From an uncultured Bordetella sp. (GTDB lineage Bacteria > Pseudomonadota > Gammaproteobacteria > Burkholderiales > SG8-41), in contig CAZHFZ010000009.1 of the NCBI GenBank assembly GCA_964531455.1, positions 7,414 through 71,413 of the forward strand: a DNA stretch of 64,000 bases, read 5' to 3'. Of this stretch, positions 17,020 through 26,304 are shown piece after piece. A program made the position numbers and the translations under genes. Under the pieces are notes generated by a model. The model was not told where the DNA came from. It searched no databases and saw nothing but the letters and a program-made list of their open reading frames with translations. Position 1 is the stretch's first letter. Every line of letters starts with the position of its first letter.

Positions 17020-17844
17020 ATGCAGGCAATTTTACCGTATCTCGCCAGCGCGCTCCTTTACACGGCCATGGCCGTCTACTTCTGGCGGCTGCACTGGTCG
17101 ACCGAGGCGCCTTTAACGACCCCTTTGCGCAGCTTTGCCGAACGGGCTGCCGTGTTGGCTACCCTCACCGTTCATGGCACCGTGCTGTTCAGCGTAATGT
17201 TTGCCGGCAATACGCTGCGTATCGGCGTCGGCGATGCGATTTCCGCCATATTAGGCCTGACCGTACTCATCTACTGGCTGGGCAGCCTGTTCTACCGGCT
17301 CGAGGGCCTGCAGGCGATGATCATGCCTGCAGCAGCAATCGCAGCCCTCCTGCCGGGACTGCTACCCGAAGCAAAACCACTGCCAAACACTGAGCTGCTT
17401 GCATTCAAGCTGCACATACTGATGTCGATGGCGGCCTACAGTCTTTTTACCATTGCCTCGCTCCACGTGTTGCTGATGGCGATGCTGGAGCGCCGGTTGC
17501 ACATGGGTTCCCTGCCCACCGGGCTGCGCCGCCTGCCACCGCTGTTGACGATGGAGACATTGCTTTTCCGGATCATCTGGGCAGGGTTTGTGATGCTGAC
17601 GTTGACCTTGGTCAGCGGTATCTTTTTTTCGGAAGAAGTCTTTGGCAAGGCAGCGCGCCTCAATCACAAGACCATTTTCGGGTTTGTGTCGTGGACCGTG
17701 TTTGCCGCTCTTCTTCTTGGACGCCATTTTCGCGGCTGGCGCGGCCGTGTCGCCGTGCGCTGGACTCTTGCCGGGTTCCTGCTTCTGGTGCTCGCCTATT
17801 TGGGCAGCAAATTCGTTCTGGAAGTGCTGCTCGGCCGCAGCTGA
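17020..17844 (+). CDS. Cytochrome c assembly family inner-membrane protein (YpjD/CcsA-like)
   Basis: 274-aa polytopic membrane protein, divergent from ffh as ypjD is in E. coli. The C-terminal part is a WGxxW-like region (FGFVSWTVF ... RGWRGR). Confidence 0.7.
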   Translation: MQAILPYLASALLYTAMAVYFWRLHWSTEAPLTTPLRSFAERAAVLATLTVHGTVLFSVMFAGNTLRIGVGDAISAILGLTVLIYWLGSLFYRLEGLQAMIMPAAAIAALLPGLLPEAKPLPNTELLAFKLHILMSMAAYSLFTIASLHVLLMAMLERRLHMGSLPTGLRRLPPLLTMETLLFRIIWAGFVMLTLTLVSGIFFSEEVFGKAARLNHKTIFGFVSWTVFAALLLGRHFRGWRGRVAVRWTLAGFLLLVLAYLGSKFVLEVLLGRS

Positions 17845-17846
17845 CC

Positions 17847-17874
17847 AGACCGGCCTTTAGCCGGTTTCGTTTTT
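17847..17874 (+). terminator. Candidate rho-independent terminator after the ypjD-like gene
   Basis: Stem accggc (17849-17854) / gccggt (17860-17865) with loop cttta, followed by ttcgttttt. It starts 3 nt after the stop codon. Confidence 0.5.
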
Positions 17875-17887
17875 CGAGGCATAAAAC

Positions 17888-19183
17888 ATGGAATTCCTGA
17901 TACTCGCCAGCCTGATACTGCTCAACGGCGCCTTCGCAATGTCGGAGGTCGCGCTGCTGACCGCGCGCCAGTCAAAACTGTCCACGATGGCACAACGCGG
18001 CGACAAACTTGCCGCTGCCGCGATCAAACTCAGTTCCGATCCGACGCGTTTTCTCTCAACAGTGCAGATCGGGATTACTTCGATCGGGCTGCTTAACGGG
18101 ATTGTCGGTGAAGCTATTCTTGCAGAGCCCTTTGCCGTCTGGCTGCAAGCTCAGGGTCTGGAACACAAACCCGCGAACATTACCGCCACGGCGATCGTGG
18201 TTGTCGGGGTGACCTATGTATCGATCGTTGTCGGCGAAATTGTGCCGAAGCGGCTCGGTCAGCACAGCGCCGAGAACATTTCGCGCTTCGTGGCATGGCC
18301 GATGCGGGTACTTGCATGGACTACAGCGCCCTTCGTGCATATGCTGACAAGATCTACCGAGGCGGTGCTGGGAGTTGCACTCAGGATCCTGCGCCTGCAG
18401 CCGCAAGAATCCGGTTCGCAGCCGCTGTCCATCGACGAAATCCGCACCATTGTCCTCGAATCATCCAATGTACTGCCGAAAAAACACGCATCGGTACTGC
18501 TAAACCTGCTGGAAATCGGCGCAATAACGGTGGACGATGTCATGGTTCCACGCAACCAGATCGAGGGCATCAATATCGACCTGCCCATCGATGAAATCAT
18601 CCAGCAGCTCTCGACCGCACATCACCGTCGTGTCGTGGTTTACCGCGATCAATTCGATAGTGTCATTGGTACGCTGCGGGTCAGGCACGCATTGACACTC
18701 ATACAGCGCGACGAACTCACTCCGGAAAGTTTGAAAGAGATGATCCGCGAGGCGCATTTTGTTCCTTCGGCTACGCCTCTGCTCGCGCAGATCCAGAATT
18801 TTCAGGAACATGCAAACGGCGTAAGTTTGGTGGTTGACGAATACGGTGAAATCATGGGGCTGGTAACCTTGGAGGACATCCTTGAAGAAATCATCGGCGA
18901 GTTCACCACGCAATCGCCGCTGATGGCGCGCGGGCTGCACCCTCAACCAGACGGCAGCTTTGTCATTGAAGGCAGCATGCTGCTGCGCGAAATCAACCGC
19001 AAGCTGGGCTTCAGGTTTCCTCTTGATGGCCCCAAGACGCTTAATGGATTGATCCTTGAGCACATGCAGGACATCCCCGAACCCAGTACCAGCGTACGTA
19101 TCGCCGGCCATCCGCTGGAAATCCTGCAAACCCAGGACCGGGTGATCAAAAGTGTCCGGGTATACGCGCCCCATAAGCACTGA
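17888..19183 (+). CDS. HlyC/CorC-family transporter (DUF21 - CBS pair - CorC_HlyC domains)
   Basis: The N-terminal four-TM DUF21 begins MEFLILASLILLNGAFAMSEVAL. It also has a CBS pair and a C-terminal transporter-associated domain. It is syntenic with E. coli yfjD next to ypjD/ffh. Confidence 0.85.
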   Translation: MEFLILASLILLNGAFAMSEVALLTARQSKLSTMAQRGDKLAAAAIKLSSDPTRFLSTVQIGITSIGLLNGIVGEAILAEPFAVWLQAQGLEHKPANITATAIVVVGVTYVSIVVGEIVPKRLGQHSAENISRFVAWPMRVLAWTTAPFVHMLTRSTEAVLGVALRILRLQPQESGSQPLSIDEIRTIVLESSNVLPKKHASVLLNLLEIGAITVDDVMVPRNQIEGINIDLPIDEIIQQLSTAHHRRVVVYRDQFDSVIGTLRVRHALTLIQRDELTPESLKEMIREAHFVPSATPLLAQIQNFQEHANGVSLVVDEYGEIMGLVTLEDILEEIIGEFTTQSPLMARGLHPQPDGSFVIEGSMLLREINRKLGFRFPLDGPKTLNGLILEHMQDIPEPSTSVRIAGHPLEILQTQDRVIKSVRVYAPHKH

Positions 19184-19297
19184 CAGCACAAGCGGGAGTG
19201 TGCGGTATCGCCTTTACAAAGGGTGCTACTAAAGGCATCATTCCATCAATAACCGCTTGTAACTTATTGGTTCCTTGAGAGATTTTGGAGGCTCAGC

Positions 19298-20524
19298 ATG
19301 GCCACAGCCGCTGCCGCACGCAAACCGGATATCGTAGAAGTCACCTACCGTTGGGTCGGACAAGACCGGGCCGGGAAGACCGTTCGCGGCGAAATGCAAG
19401 CCAGCGGCGAGGCGCAGGTCAACGCGGTACTACGCCGGCAAGGCATCAAGGTCGTCGAGGTCAAGAAACAACGTCTTGGCAGGGGCGGCTCGGTCAGCGA
19501 AAAAGACATCACGCTGTTTACCCGTCAATTGGCCACGATGATGAAATCCGGCGTGCCGCTGCTGCAGTCCTTCGACATCGTCGGCAAAGGTCACGCCAAC
19601 CCGGCTGTGGCGCGTTTGCTGATGACGATCAAGTCCGACGTTGAAACCGGCATGAACCTCAAACAGGCCTTTGAAAAACATCCGCTGCATTTTGATGCGC
19701 TGTTCTGCAACTTGGTCGGCGCCGGTGAAGCTGCCGGTATTCTGGAAAGCCTGCTCGACCGGCTCGCCACCTACAAAGAAAAGATCCTGGGCATCAAGGC
19801 CAAGATCAAATCGGCGCTGTTTTACCCGATCGCGATTATCGTGGTCGCGGTAGTGATCACCGCGATCATTATGATTTTCGTGATTCCGGCGTTCAAGGAA
19901 GTCTTCAAGAGTTTTGGCGCAGACCTGCCGATGCCAACGTTGATCGTGATGGCAATGTCAGACTTTGTCGTTGCCAACTGGTTCATCCTGTTCGGCGGCT
20001 TGGGCGCCAGCATTTACTTCTTTTTCTGGACGTGGAAACGTTCGGTAAAAATGCAGATGTTCATGGACCGTCTGGTATTGAAAATTCCGGTATTCGGCGA
20101 CCTGATCCGCAAGTCTTCAATCGCACGCTGGACACGGACCCTGGCCACGATGTTTGCCGCCGGCGTACCACTGGTCGAAGCGCTGGGCTCGGTTGCCGGA
20201 GCGTCGGGCAACTACGTTTATTACGTGGCTACCAAAAAAATCCAGTCCGAGGTCTCCACCGGATCCAGTCTGACTTCGTCAATGCAGGGCACCGAGGTCT
20301 TTCCAAACATGGTGATCCAGATGGCGATGATCGGCGAGGAGGCCGGCTCCCTGGATGCGATGCTCGGGAAGGTTGCCGACTTCTTTGAACAGGAAGTTGA
20401 CGACACTGTCGAAGCGCTGGCGAGCTTGATGGAACCAATGATCATGGTAGTGCTGGGTACGCTGATCGGCGGCATGGTGATTGCCATGTATCTGCCGATT
20501 TTCAAACTCGGATCTGCGGTTTAA
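19298..20524 (+). CDS. pilC: Type IV pilus assembly platform protein PilC (type II secretion system F family)
   Basis: Two GspF repeats are present (LATMMKSGVPLLQSF ... ; LATMFAAGVPLVEAL ... GEEAGSLDAML). A ggagg RBS precedes the ATG. pilD follows. Confidence 0.9.
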   Translation: MATAAAARKPDIVEVTYRWVGQDRAGKTVRGEMQASGEAQVNAVLRRQGIKVVEVKKQRLGRGGSVSEKDITLFTRQLATMMKSGVPLLQSFDIVGKGHANPAVARLLMTIKSDVETGMNLKQAFEKHPLHFDALFCNLVGAGEAAGILESLLDRLATYKEKILGIKAKIKSALFYPIAIIVVAVVITAIIMIFVIPAFKEVFKSFGADLPMPTLIVMAMSDFVVANWFILFGGLGASIYFFFWTWKRSVKMQMFMDRLVLKIPVFGDLIRKSSIARWTRTLATMFAAGVPLVEALGSVAGASGNYVYYVATKKIQSEVSTGSSLTSSMQGTEVFPNMVIQMAMIGEEAGSLDAMLGKVADFFEQEVDDTVEALASLMEPMIMVVLGTLIGGMVIAMYLPIFKLGSAV

Positions 20525-20620
20525 GAATCACCGCGCCGAAACGCGCAGTGCCCAGGCAAGCTCACGCCAAGTACTGATGCGTCCAGAATTGACCACGCTC
20601 CCCGATTGCCGGCAGCATCC

Positions 20621-21472
20621 ATGATCAACGCCTTGTCCGATCCCGTTATTTTTGCCGCATGCGCCGCCCTGTTCGGCCTATGCGTCGGTAGCTTCCTGAA
20701 CGTCGTTATCCACCGCCTGCCCAAAATGATGGAGCGGGACTGGCGAACCGAATGTGCCGAACTGGCCGGGCAGGAAGCGCCGGTAACTGAACGCTACAAC
20801 CTCGTCGTGCCGCGATCCGCCTGTCCGTCGTGCGGGCAGCGCATCTCCGCGCTGCAAAATATACCGGTCATCAGCTGGCTCGCATTGCGCGGCAAATGCG
20901 CTGGCTGCGGCACACGCATATCCCCACGCTATCCAGCGGTCGAGCTTCTGACCGGCATCCTCTCCGGATTCGTTGCCTGGCATTTTGGCTTTGGCATCGC
21001 CGGCGTTGGGGCGCTGATCTTCACCTGGGCAATAATCGCGTTAACGTTCATAGACTTGGATACGTTTTACCTGCCCGACAGCATCACGCTGCCGCTGCTG
21101 TGGCTGGGCCTGCTGATCAACATCGACAACACTTACGTGACCTTGTCGTCGGCCGTCATCGGCGCTGTCGCCGGTTATCTGTCGCTGTGGTCGGTTTATT
21201 GGGTATTCAAATGGGCCACCGGCAAGGAAGGCATGGGTTACGGCGACTTCAAGCTGCTCGCAGCCATCGGCGCGTGGCTGGGCTGGACCATGCTGCCGCT
21301 GACCATACTGCTGTCGTCCTTGGTCGGCGCCGTGATCGGCATCGGCATGATTGCCTTTGCCGGCAGGGAACGCAGCATCCCCATCCCCTTTGGCCCGTAT
21401 CTGGCCATTGCCGGGATGATCGCCATGCTCTACGGCCCCGCCCTGACCCGGGCCTACCTCGGCCCGCTCTGA
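20621..21472 (+). CDS. pilD: Prepilin peptidase / N-methyltransferase PilD (A24 family)
   Basis: GSFLNVVIHRLP, the Zn-finger CPSCG...CAGCG, and the catalytic GMGYGDFKL are colinear with P. aeruginosa PilD. ATG 20621 is preferred over the track's TTG at 20606. Confidence 0.9.
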   Translation: MINALSDPVIFAACAALFGLCVGSFLNVVIHRLPKMMERDWRTECAELAGQEAPVTERYNLVVPRSACPSCGQRISALQNIPVISWLALRGKCAGCGTRISPRYPAVELLTGILSGFVAWHFGFGIAGVGALIFTWAIIALTFIDLDTFYLPDSITLPLLWLGLLINIDNTYVTLSSAVIGAVAGYLSLWSVYWVFKWATGKEGMGYGDFKLLAAIGAWLGWTMLPLTILLSSLVGAVIGIGMIAFAGRERSIPIPFGPYLAIAGMIAMLYGPALTRAYLGPL

Positions 21473-22101
21473 TGCCGTACTGCGTCGGCGTCACCGGCGG
21501 TATCGGATCCGGTAAATCAAGTGCCGCCGCCCTTTTTGCCGAGTTCGGCGCCTGCGTAATCGACACTGACGACATCGCCCATGAGATGACCCGCCCCGGG
21601 GGTGCTGCCATGTCCGAAATCGCCGCAGCTTTCGGCGCCAAAGCCGTTGCTGCGGACGGCAGTCTTGACCGTGCAGCAATGCGCGAACTGGTATTTGCCG
21701 ATTCCGCACGCCGCAAGGTGCTGGAGGGAATTCTCCACCCATTGATCCGTGCAGAGGCCCGGCGCCGCGTTGCCGGTGCAACGGCACCGTACGTGCTGCT
21801 GGTGGTGCCGCTGCTGCTTGAATCGGCCGGATATCCGGATCTGGTCCAGCGGATACTGGTCATCGACTGCGATGAATCACTGCAGATCAGCCGCACGATG
21901 CAACGCAGCGGCCTGACCGAAACAGCGGTGCGCGCGATCATGGCCGCACAACTGCCGCGACAGCAACGACTCGCCCGCGCCGATGACGTACTGCATAACG
22001 ATGGCGATCTGGCCGGATTGCACAGCCAAGTCGCCGCACTGCATGACCGTTACCGGAATCTGGCACGGATGTCCGCGGTCGGACCCCTGAATTTGCCCTG
22101 A
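21472..22101 (+). CDS. coaE: Dephospho-CoA kinase
   Basis: MPYCVGVTGGIGSGKS is the P-loop. The ATG overlaps the pilD TGA by 1 nt. The track shows it only as the tail of the 20830-22101 ORF. Confidence 0.9.
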   Translation: MPYCVGVTGGIGSGKSSAAALFAEFGACVIDTDDIAHEMTRPGGAAMSEIAAAFGAKAVAADGSLDRAAMRELVFADSARRKVLEGILHPLIRAEARRRVAGATAPYVLLVVPLLLESAGYPDLVQRILVIDCDESLQISRTMQRSGLTETAVRAIMAAQLPRQQRLARADDVLHNDGDLAGLHSQVAALHDRYRNLARMSAVGPLNLP

Positions 22102-22189
22102 CACGGTGCATTAAGCCTTTATTTTTTCTGCTTTTTGCCCGATACTCCGGCAACTGCATTCTTACCCAACTCCATCGGGCGCACAGGGC

Positions 22190-22945
22190 GTGATTGTCTA
22201 CGAGCATCCATTGAGCGAGCGTGTGCGAACCCTGCTGCGCCTTGAGGACCTGTTCGACCGCATCGACTACTTTGTCGGCAAAAACGACGGCGAAGAGCAC
22301 CATGTTGCCTTACTGCTGATTTTCGAGATCCTCGAAGTCGCAAGTCGTGCCGATCTCAAATCCGACCTGCTGCAGGAACTCGAACGCCAGAAACAGGTGC
22401 TCGAAGCACTGCGCGACAACCCTGACATTTCCGAAGAAGCGCTGGAGAACGTGTTGTGGCAGATCGACCAATCGTCGTCGCGCCTGTTTCAGGCTTCAGG
22501 CAAGGTCGGTCAGGAGTTGCGCGAAAACGAGTGGCTGATGAGCATCAAGCAGCGTACTGCGATCCCGGGCGGGGTCTGTGAATTTGACCTGCCCTCTTAC
22601 CACTATTGGCTGCAGCAGGAGCCGGATGCCCGCCGCCACGATCTGCAACAGTGGCTGGCGCCGTTCCTGCCCACACGCGATGCGATCGGCATCGTACTGC
22701 GCCTGCTCCGTGAAAGCGGTAAGACCACCGGACAGGTGGCGCAGCAGGGTGTTTACCAACAGATGATGGCGGGACGCCTCGCGCAAATGCTGCGCATTGG
22801 CCTGGCCGATGACTACGCCTGCGTTCCGGAAATCAGTGCCAACAAATACGCGCTGAATATCCGCTTCACGACCCAGGAAGGCATGCAGCGACCGAAGGCG
22901 TCAGAATCCGACGTCGAATTTGAACTGACCTTCTGCAATCTCTGA
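22190..22945 (+). CDS. zapD: Cell division protein ZapD
   Basis: (GTG)IVYEHPLSERVRTLLRLEDLF is the typical ZapD/DUF1342 N-terminus. The coaE-zapD-yacG synteny is conserved. Confidence 0.85.
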   Translation: MIVYEHPLSERVRTLLRLEDLFDRIDYFVGKNDGEEHHVALLLIFEILEVASRADLKSDLLQELERQKQVLEALRDNPDISEEALENVLWQIDQSSSRLFQASGKVGQELRENEWLMSIKQRTAIPGGVCEFDLPSYHYWLQQEPDARRHDLQQWLAPFLPTRDAIGIVLRLLRESGKTTGQVAQQGVYQQMMAGRLAQMLRIGLADDYACVPEISANKYALNIRFTTQEGMQRPKASESDVEFELTFCNL

Positions 22946-22948
22946 ATC

Positions 22949-23152
22949 ATGGCTGGAAGAATTGTCGCCTGCCCGCAGTGCGGTGCGAGCATCGAATGGA
23001 ATCCCGAAAACCGTTTTCGCCCATTCTGTTCGGAACGCTGCAAGATGATTGATCTCGGCGCATGGGCGACCGAAAGTTATCGCGTTCCGGTCGTCGAAAG
23101 CGACGAATCCGAAGAACTGCCGACAGCAGATCCGGACTTCAGGCCGAACTAG
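22949..23152 (+). CDS. yacG: DNA gyrase inhibitor YacG (zinc ribbon)
   Basis: CPQCG ... [19 protein letters not shown] is the YacG signature. Confidence 0.9.
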   Translation: MAGRIVACPQCGASIEWNPENRFRPFCSERCKMIDLGAWATESYRVPVVESDESEELPTADPDFRPN

Positions 23153-24117
23153 CCGGAAGAAGAAACGGGCTTCCACGCGCCGCGGATCATCGCCAGTCCG
23201 TGCGCGCCATTGACCAGCGCCTGCGCGCGGTTTGTCTCCTGCATACCACCCAGAGCGAATACCGGAATCCGTGTGTCGGCCACAGCAGCGGCAAAACCCG
23301 GCCAGCCCAGCAACTGCGCTTCAGGATGCGTTGGTGTCATCTGTACTGGCCCCAGCACGGCAAAATCCGCACCGAGCGCCTCTGCGCGGCGCAGTTCATC
23401 CGCGCTGTGACAGGAGGCACCGACCAGCGCCAGCGGCGGACGCGATGAGAGGGTATGCAATTGCCGTGATGTCAGATGTACGCCATGGGCATTGCAGCGT
23501 TGTGCCAGTTCAATATCACCGTTGATCAGTACGCGTGCCCCGCTGGCCCGGGCAAGGACAACGATCTTCCGGGCATAGTCCGCAAATGCGCCGACAGGCC
23601 ATTCCTTGCCCCGTATCTGGATAAGCCGCAGATCGCTGCGCAGCGCGGCATCAATCGCGGCCAGCGCACGCTGCTGTTCCGATGCAGCAAACCCGGTAAT
23701 GCCATAGGTTTCGGGAATAGCCAGCGCGTTGAGGATCGGACCGTTTGCCGGCAGCAGCGGCGATACATCAATCGCATCAATACGCTGCCACGAAAACGCC
23801 TGCGCCTCGCGACCATGCAGTTCACCGCGCCAGCCGCGGACACGGAAAAAATGCAGCCTGACGTCGGCATGTTCGTAATCAAATTCGCGGATCAACCAGG
23901 GGTAGGCTGTCGTAACCTCAATGCCAAGTTCCTCATGCAGTTCTCGGGCCAAGGCCTGCAGCGGCGTCTCACCGGGCTCCACTTTACCGCCGGGGAACTC
24001 CCAATAACCGGCGTAGACCTTGCCTTGCGGCCGTTGCGCCAGCAGGAAACGGCCGTCCGCTTGCTGCAACACGGCGGCGACGACCGCGATGCGGCGCCGT
24101 GCGGCCGGCAGATTCAT
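23149..24117 (-). CDS. Nudix hydrolase (MutT-like) fused to a ThiE/TenI-like thiamine-phosphate synthase domain
   Basis: The Nudix box is [23 protein letters not shown]. The C-terminal half (LIQIRGK ... LINGD ... GVHLTS ... GASCHS ... FALGGM) is a ThiE-type TIM barrel. I place the start at Met34 (ATG 24117), 5 nt after the upstream stop codon. Confidence 0.85.
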   Translation of the reverse strand: MNLPAARRRIAVVAAVLQQADGRFLLAQRPQGKVYAGYWEFPGGKVEPGETPLQALARELHEELGIEVTTAYPWLIREFDYEHADVRLHFFRVRGWRGELHGREAQAFSWQRIDAIDVSPLLPANGPILNALAIPETYGITGFAASEQQRALAAIDAALRSDLRLIQIRGKEWPVGAFADYARKIVVLARASGARVLINGDIELAQRCNAHGVHLTSRQLHTLSSRPPLALVGASCHSADELRRAEALGADFAVLGPVQMTPTHPEAQLLGWPGFAAAVADTRIPVFALGGMQETNRAQALVNGAHGLAMIRGAWKPVSSSG

Positions 24118-24122
24118 GGAAT

Positions 24123-25025
24123 TTATTTGCGCCGCGCGAGGCGCGTACGACCGGCCCAGTCGCGGGCGAATTGCCAGGCAACCCGGCCGCTGCGCGACCC
24201 GCGGGTCAGTGCCCATTGCAGGGCGGCGTGCTCGACCTCGGCGTTTTTCACACCAGGCACTTTAAAGTGCGCCAGCCAGACACGAACGATGCTCAGGTAT
24301 TCATCCTGATCGAATGAATGGAACGACACCCACAAACCAAAACGTTCCGACAGCGAAACCTTCTCTTCGCTGGTTTCGCCGGGGTGTATCTCTTCGCCGA
24401 CATGCTGGTATTCAAGATTCTCGTTCATGAATTCCGGCATCAGGTGGCGGCGGTTCGACGTCGCATAGACCAGGCAGTTCTCGGATGCTGCGGCCACTGA
24501 GCCGTCGAGCACCACCTTCAGCGCCTTGTAGCCGTGTTCATCGGCCTCGAATGACAGGTCATCGCAATACAGCACGAAACGCTCGGGCCGGGCATGGATC
24601 AATTCGACGATGTCCGGCAGATCAGTGAGGTCGCGCTTTTCGACTTCGATCAGGCGCAATCCGCGCGATGCATATTTGTTCAGCAGCGCTTTCACCAGCG
24701 ACGACTTGCCGGTTCCGCGTGCGCCGGTCAGCAGCACATTGTTGGCGGGAAGTCCCTCGACAAACTGGCGCGTATTCTGCTCAACCTGCTTTTTTTGGTC
24801 ATCAATGCCATGAAGATCACGCAGGTCGATGTGATGAACCTGATGGATGGGCTCCAGCGCCGCACGCTCACCCTTGCGCCGCCAACGGAATGCTATCGAT
24901 GCCTTCCAGTCCACGGTGGCTGCCGGCGCCGGGAGAATCTGCTCAAGACGCAGAAGCACCGACTCGGCACGGCCCAGCAGCGCAGCCATGTCAGCAGACG
25001 GAACCGTCAGTCGAGGATGCTTCAT
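24123..25025 (-). CDS. AAA-type ATP-binding protein (DUF815 family)
   Basis: Walker A is LLTGARGTGKSSLV and Walker B-like is VLYCDDLSF. The layout is typical DUF815. Confidence 0.75.
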   Translation of the reverse strand: MKHPRLTVPSADMAALLGRAESVLLRLEQILPAPAATVDWKASIAFRWRRKGERAALEPIHQVHHIDLRDLHGIDDQKKQVEQNTRQFVEGLPANNVLLTGARGTGKSSLVKALLNKYASRGLRLIEVEKRDLTDLPDIVELIHARPERFVLYCDDLSFEADEHGYKALKVVLDGSVAAASENCLVYATSNRRHLMPEFMNENLEYQHVGEEIHPGETSEEKVSLSERFGLWVSFHSFDQDEYLSIVRVWLAHFKVPGVKNAEVEHAALQWALTRGSRSGRVAWQFARDWAGRTRLARRK

Positions 25026-25050
25026 AACTTATTGTTTTAATATGACTTTT

Positions 25051-26289
25051 TTAACTTCTGTAGTCAGCATTGATGCTGACATAGTCATGCGACAGGTCAC
25101 AGGTCCAGACCGTTGTCATCGCGCGACCGCGGTTAAGCACGACGCGCACGGTGATTTCGGCCTGTTTCATTACGCGCTGACCCTGCGCTTCTTCGTACGA
25201 GGGACTGCGTCCGCCGCGTTCCGCGACCAGCACATCGTCGAGATACAGTTCGACGCCTTCAACCTCAAGATCGTTGATTCCGGCATAACCGATCGCAGCC
25301 AGTATCCGTCCGAGATTCGGATCAGAGGCAAAAAATGCGGTCTTGATCAAGGGTGAATGCGCGATTGCAAACGCAACCTTGCGACACTCCTCCTCGTCAC
25401 GCCCGGCTTCCACCTTGATGGTGATGAACTTGGTCGCACCTTCGCCATCACGTACGATGGCCTGCGCCAGAGTTGTGGATACCGCCGTCACCGCATCACG
25501 AAACGCCAGATACTCCGGGCTTTTCGCGTCGGTAATTTCAGCCATCGGCGCCTTGCCGGTGACAATCAGCATGAAGCTGTCATTGGTCGACGTGTCGCCA
25601 TCGACAGTAATGGCATTGAATGAATGTTGCGCAGCGTAAGCCACTGCAGCCTTGGCCAACGATTGGCTCACCTTCGCATCGGTGGCGACAAATCCCAGCA
25701 TTGTTGCCATGCCCGGGTGGATCATGCCGGCGCCCTTGGCGATACCGCTGATGGTGATCGTCGCACCGCCCACGGAAAACTGCCGCGACACCGCTTTCGG
25801 AACGGTATCGGTGGTCATAATGGCTTCGGCAGCTTCCGCCCAGGCATCCGGCTTGAGTGCAGCGATGCATTGCGGCAGGCCGGCGATGATGCGATCGACC
25901 GGTAATGGCTCCATGATCACACCGGTTGAAAACGGGAGCACCTGCGCCGCAGTGCACCCAAGCAATTGCGCAGCATCGACACAAGTCTGTCGCGCGCGGG
26001 CAAGCCCCTCGGCGCCGGTGCCAGCATTGGCAACACCGGTGTTGATAACAAGGGCGCGCACACCCTTGCCGGGATCAATCATTGACAGATGCTGGCGCGA
26101 GACCACGACAGGTGCCGCACAGAACCGGTTTTGCGTGAACACGCCTGCCACATGGGCGCCTTCATCAAGACTGATCAGCAGCAGATCCTTGCGTCCCGCT
26201 TTGCGAACCCCGGCCTGGGCAATACCAAGTTTTACGCCGGCAACCGGTAGCAGCGTTTTGGGATCGGGTGGATTCAGATTGACGGGCAC
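25051..26289 (-). CDS. argJ: Bifunctional glutamate N-acetyltransferase / amino-acid acetyltransferase ArgJ
   Basis: [14 protein letters not shown] and the autoproteolysis site [13 protein letters not shown] are present, with C-terminal [11 protein letters not shown]. Confidence 0.95.
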   Translation of the reverse strand: MPVNLNPPDPKTLLPVAGVKLGIAQAGVRKAGRKDLLLISLDEGAHVAGVFTQNRFCAAPVVVSRQHLSMIDPGKGVRALVINTGVANAGTGAEGLARARQTCVDAAQLLGCTAAQVLPFSTGVIMEPLPVDRIIAGLPQCIAALKPDAWAEAAEAIMTTDTVPKAVSRQFSVGGATITISGIAKGAGMIHPGMATMLGFVATDAKVSQSLAKAAVAYAAQHSFNAITVDGDTSTNDSFMLIVTGKAPMAEITDAKSPEYLAFRDAVTAVSTTLAQAIVRDGEGATKFITIKVEAGRDEEECRKVAFAIAHSPLIKTAFFASDPNLGRILAAIGYAGINDLEVEGVELYLDDVLVAERGGRSPSYEEAQGQRVMKQAEITVRVVLNRGRAMTTVWTCDLSHDYVSINADYRS

Positions 26290-26304
26290 GATGCGTTCCC
26301 CAGC

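Noticed and set aside
20830-22101. 423-aa ORF reading out of frame through pilD into coaE
   Set aside because: Only the last 209 codons (from ATG 21472, P-loop GGIGSGKS) are coaE. The upstream part is an out-of-frame shadow of pilD.
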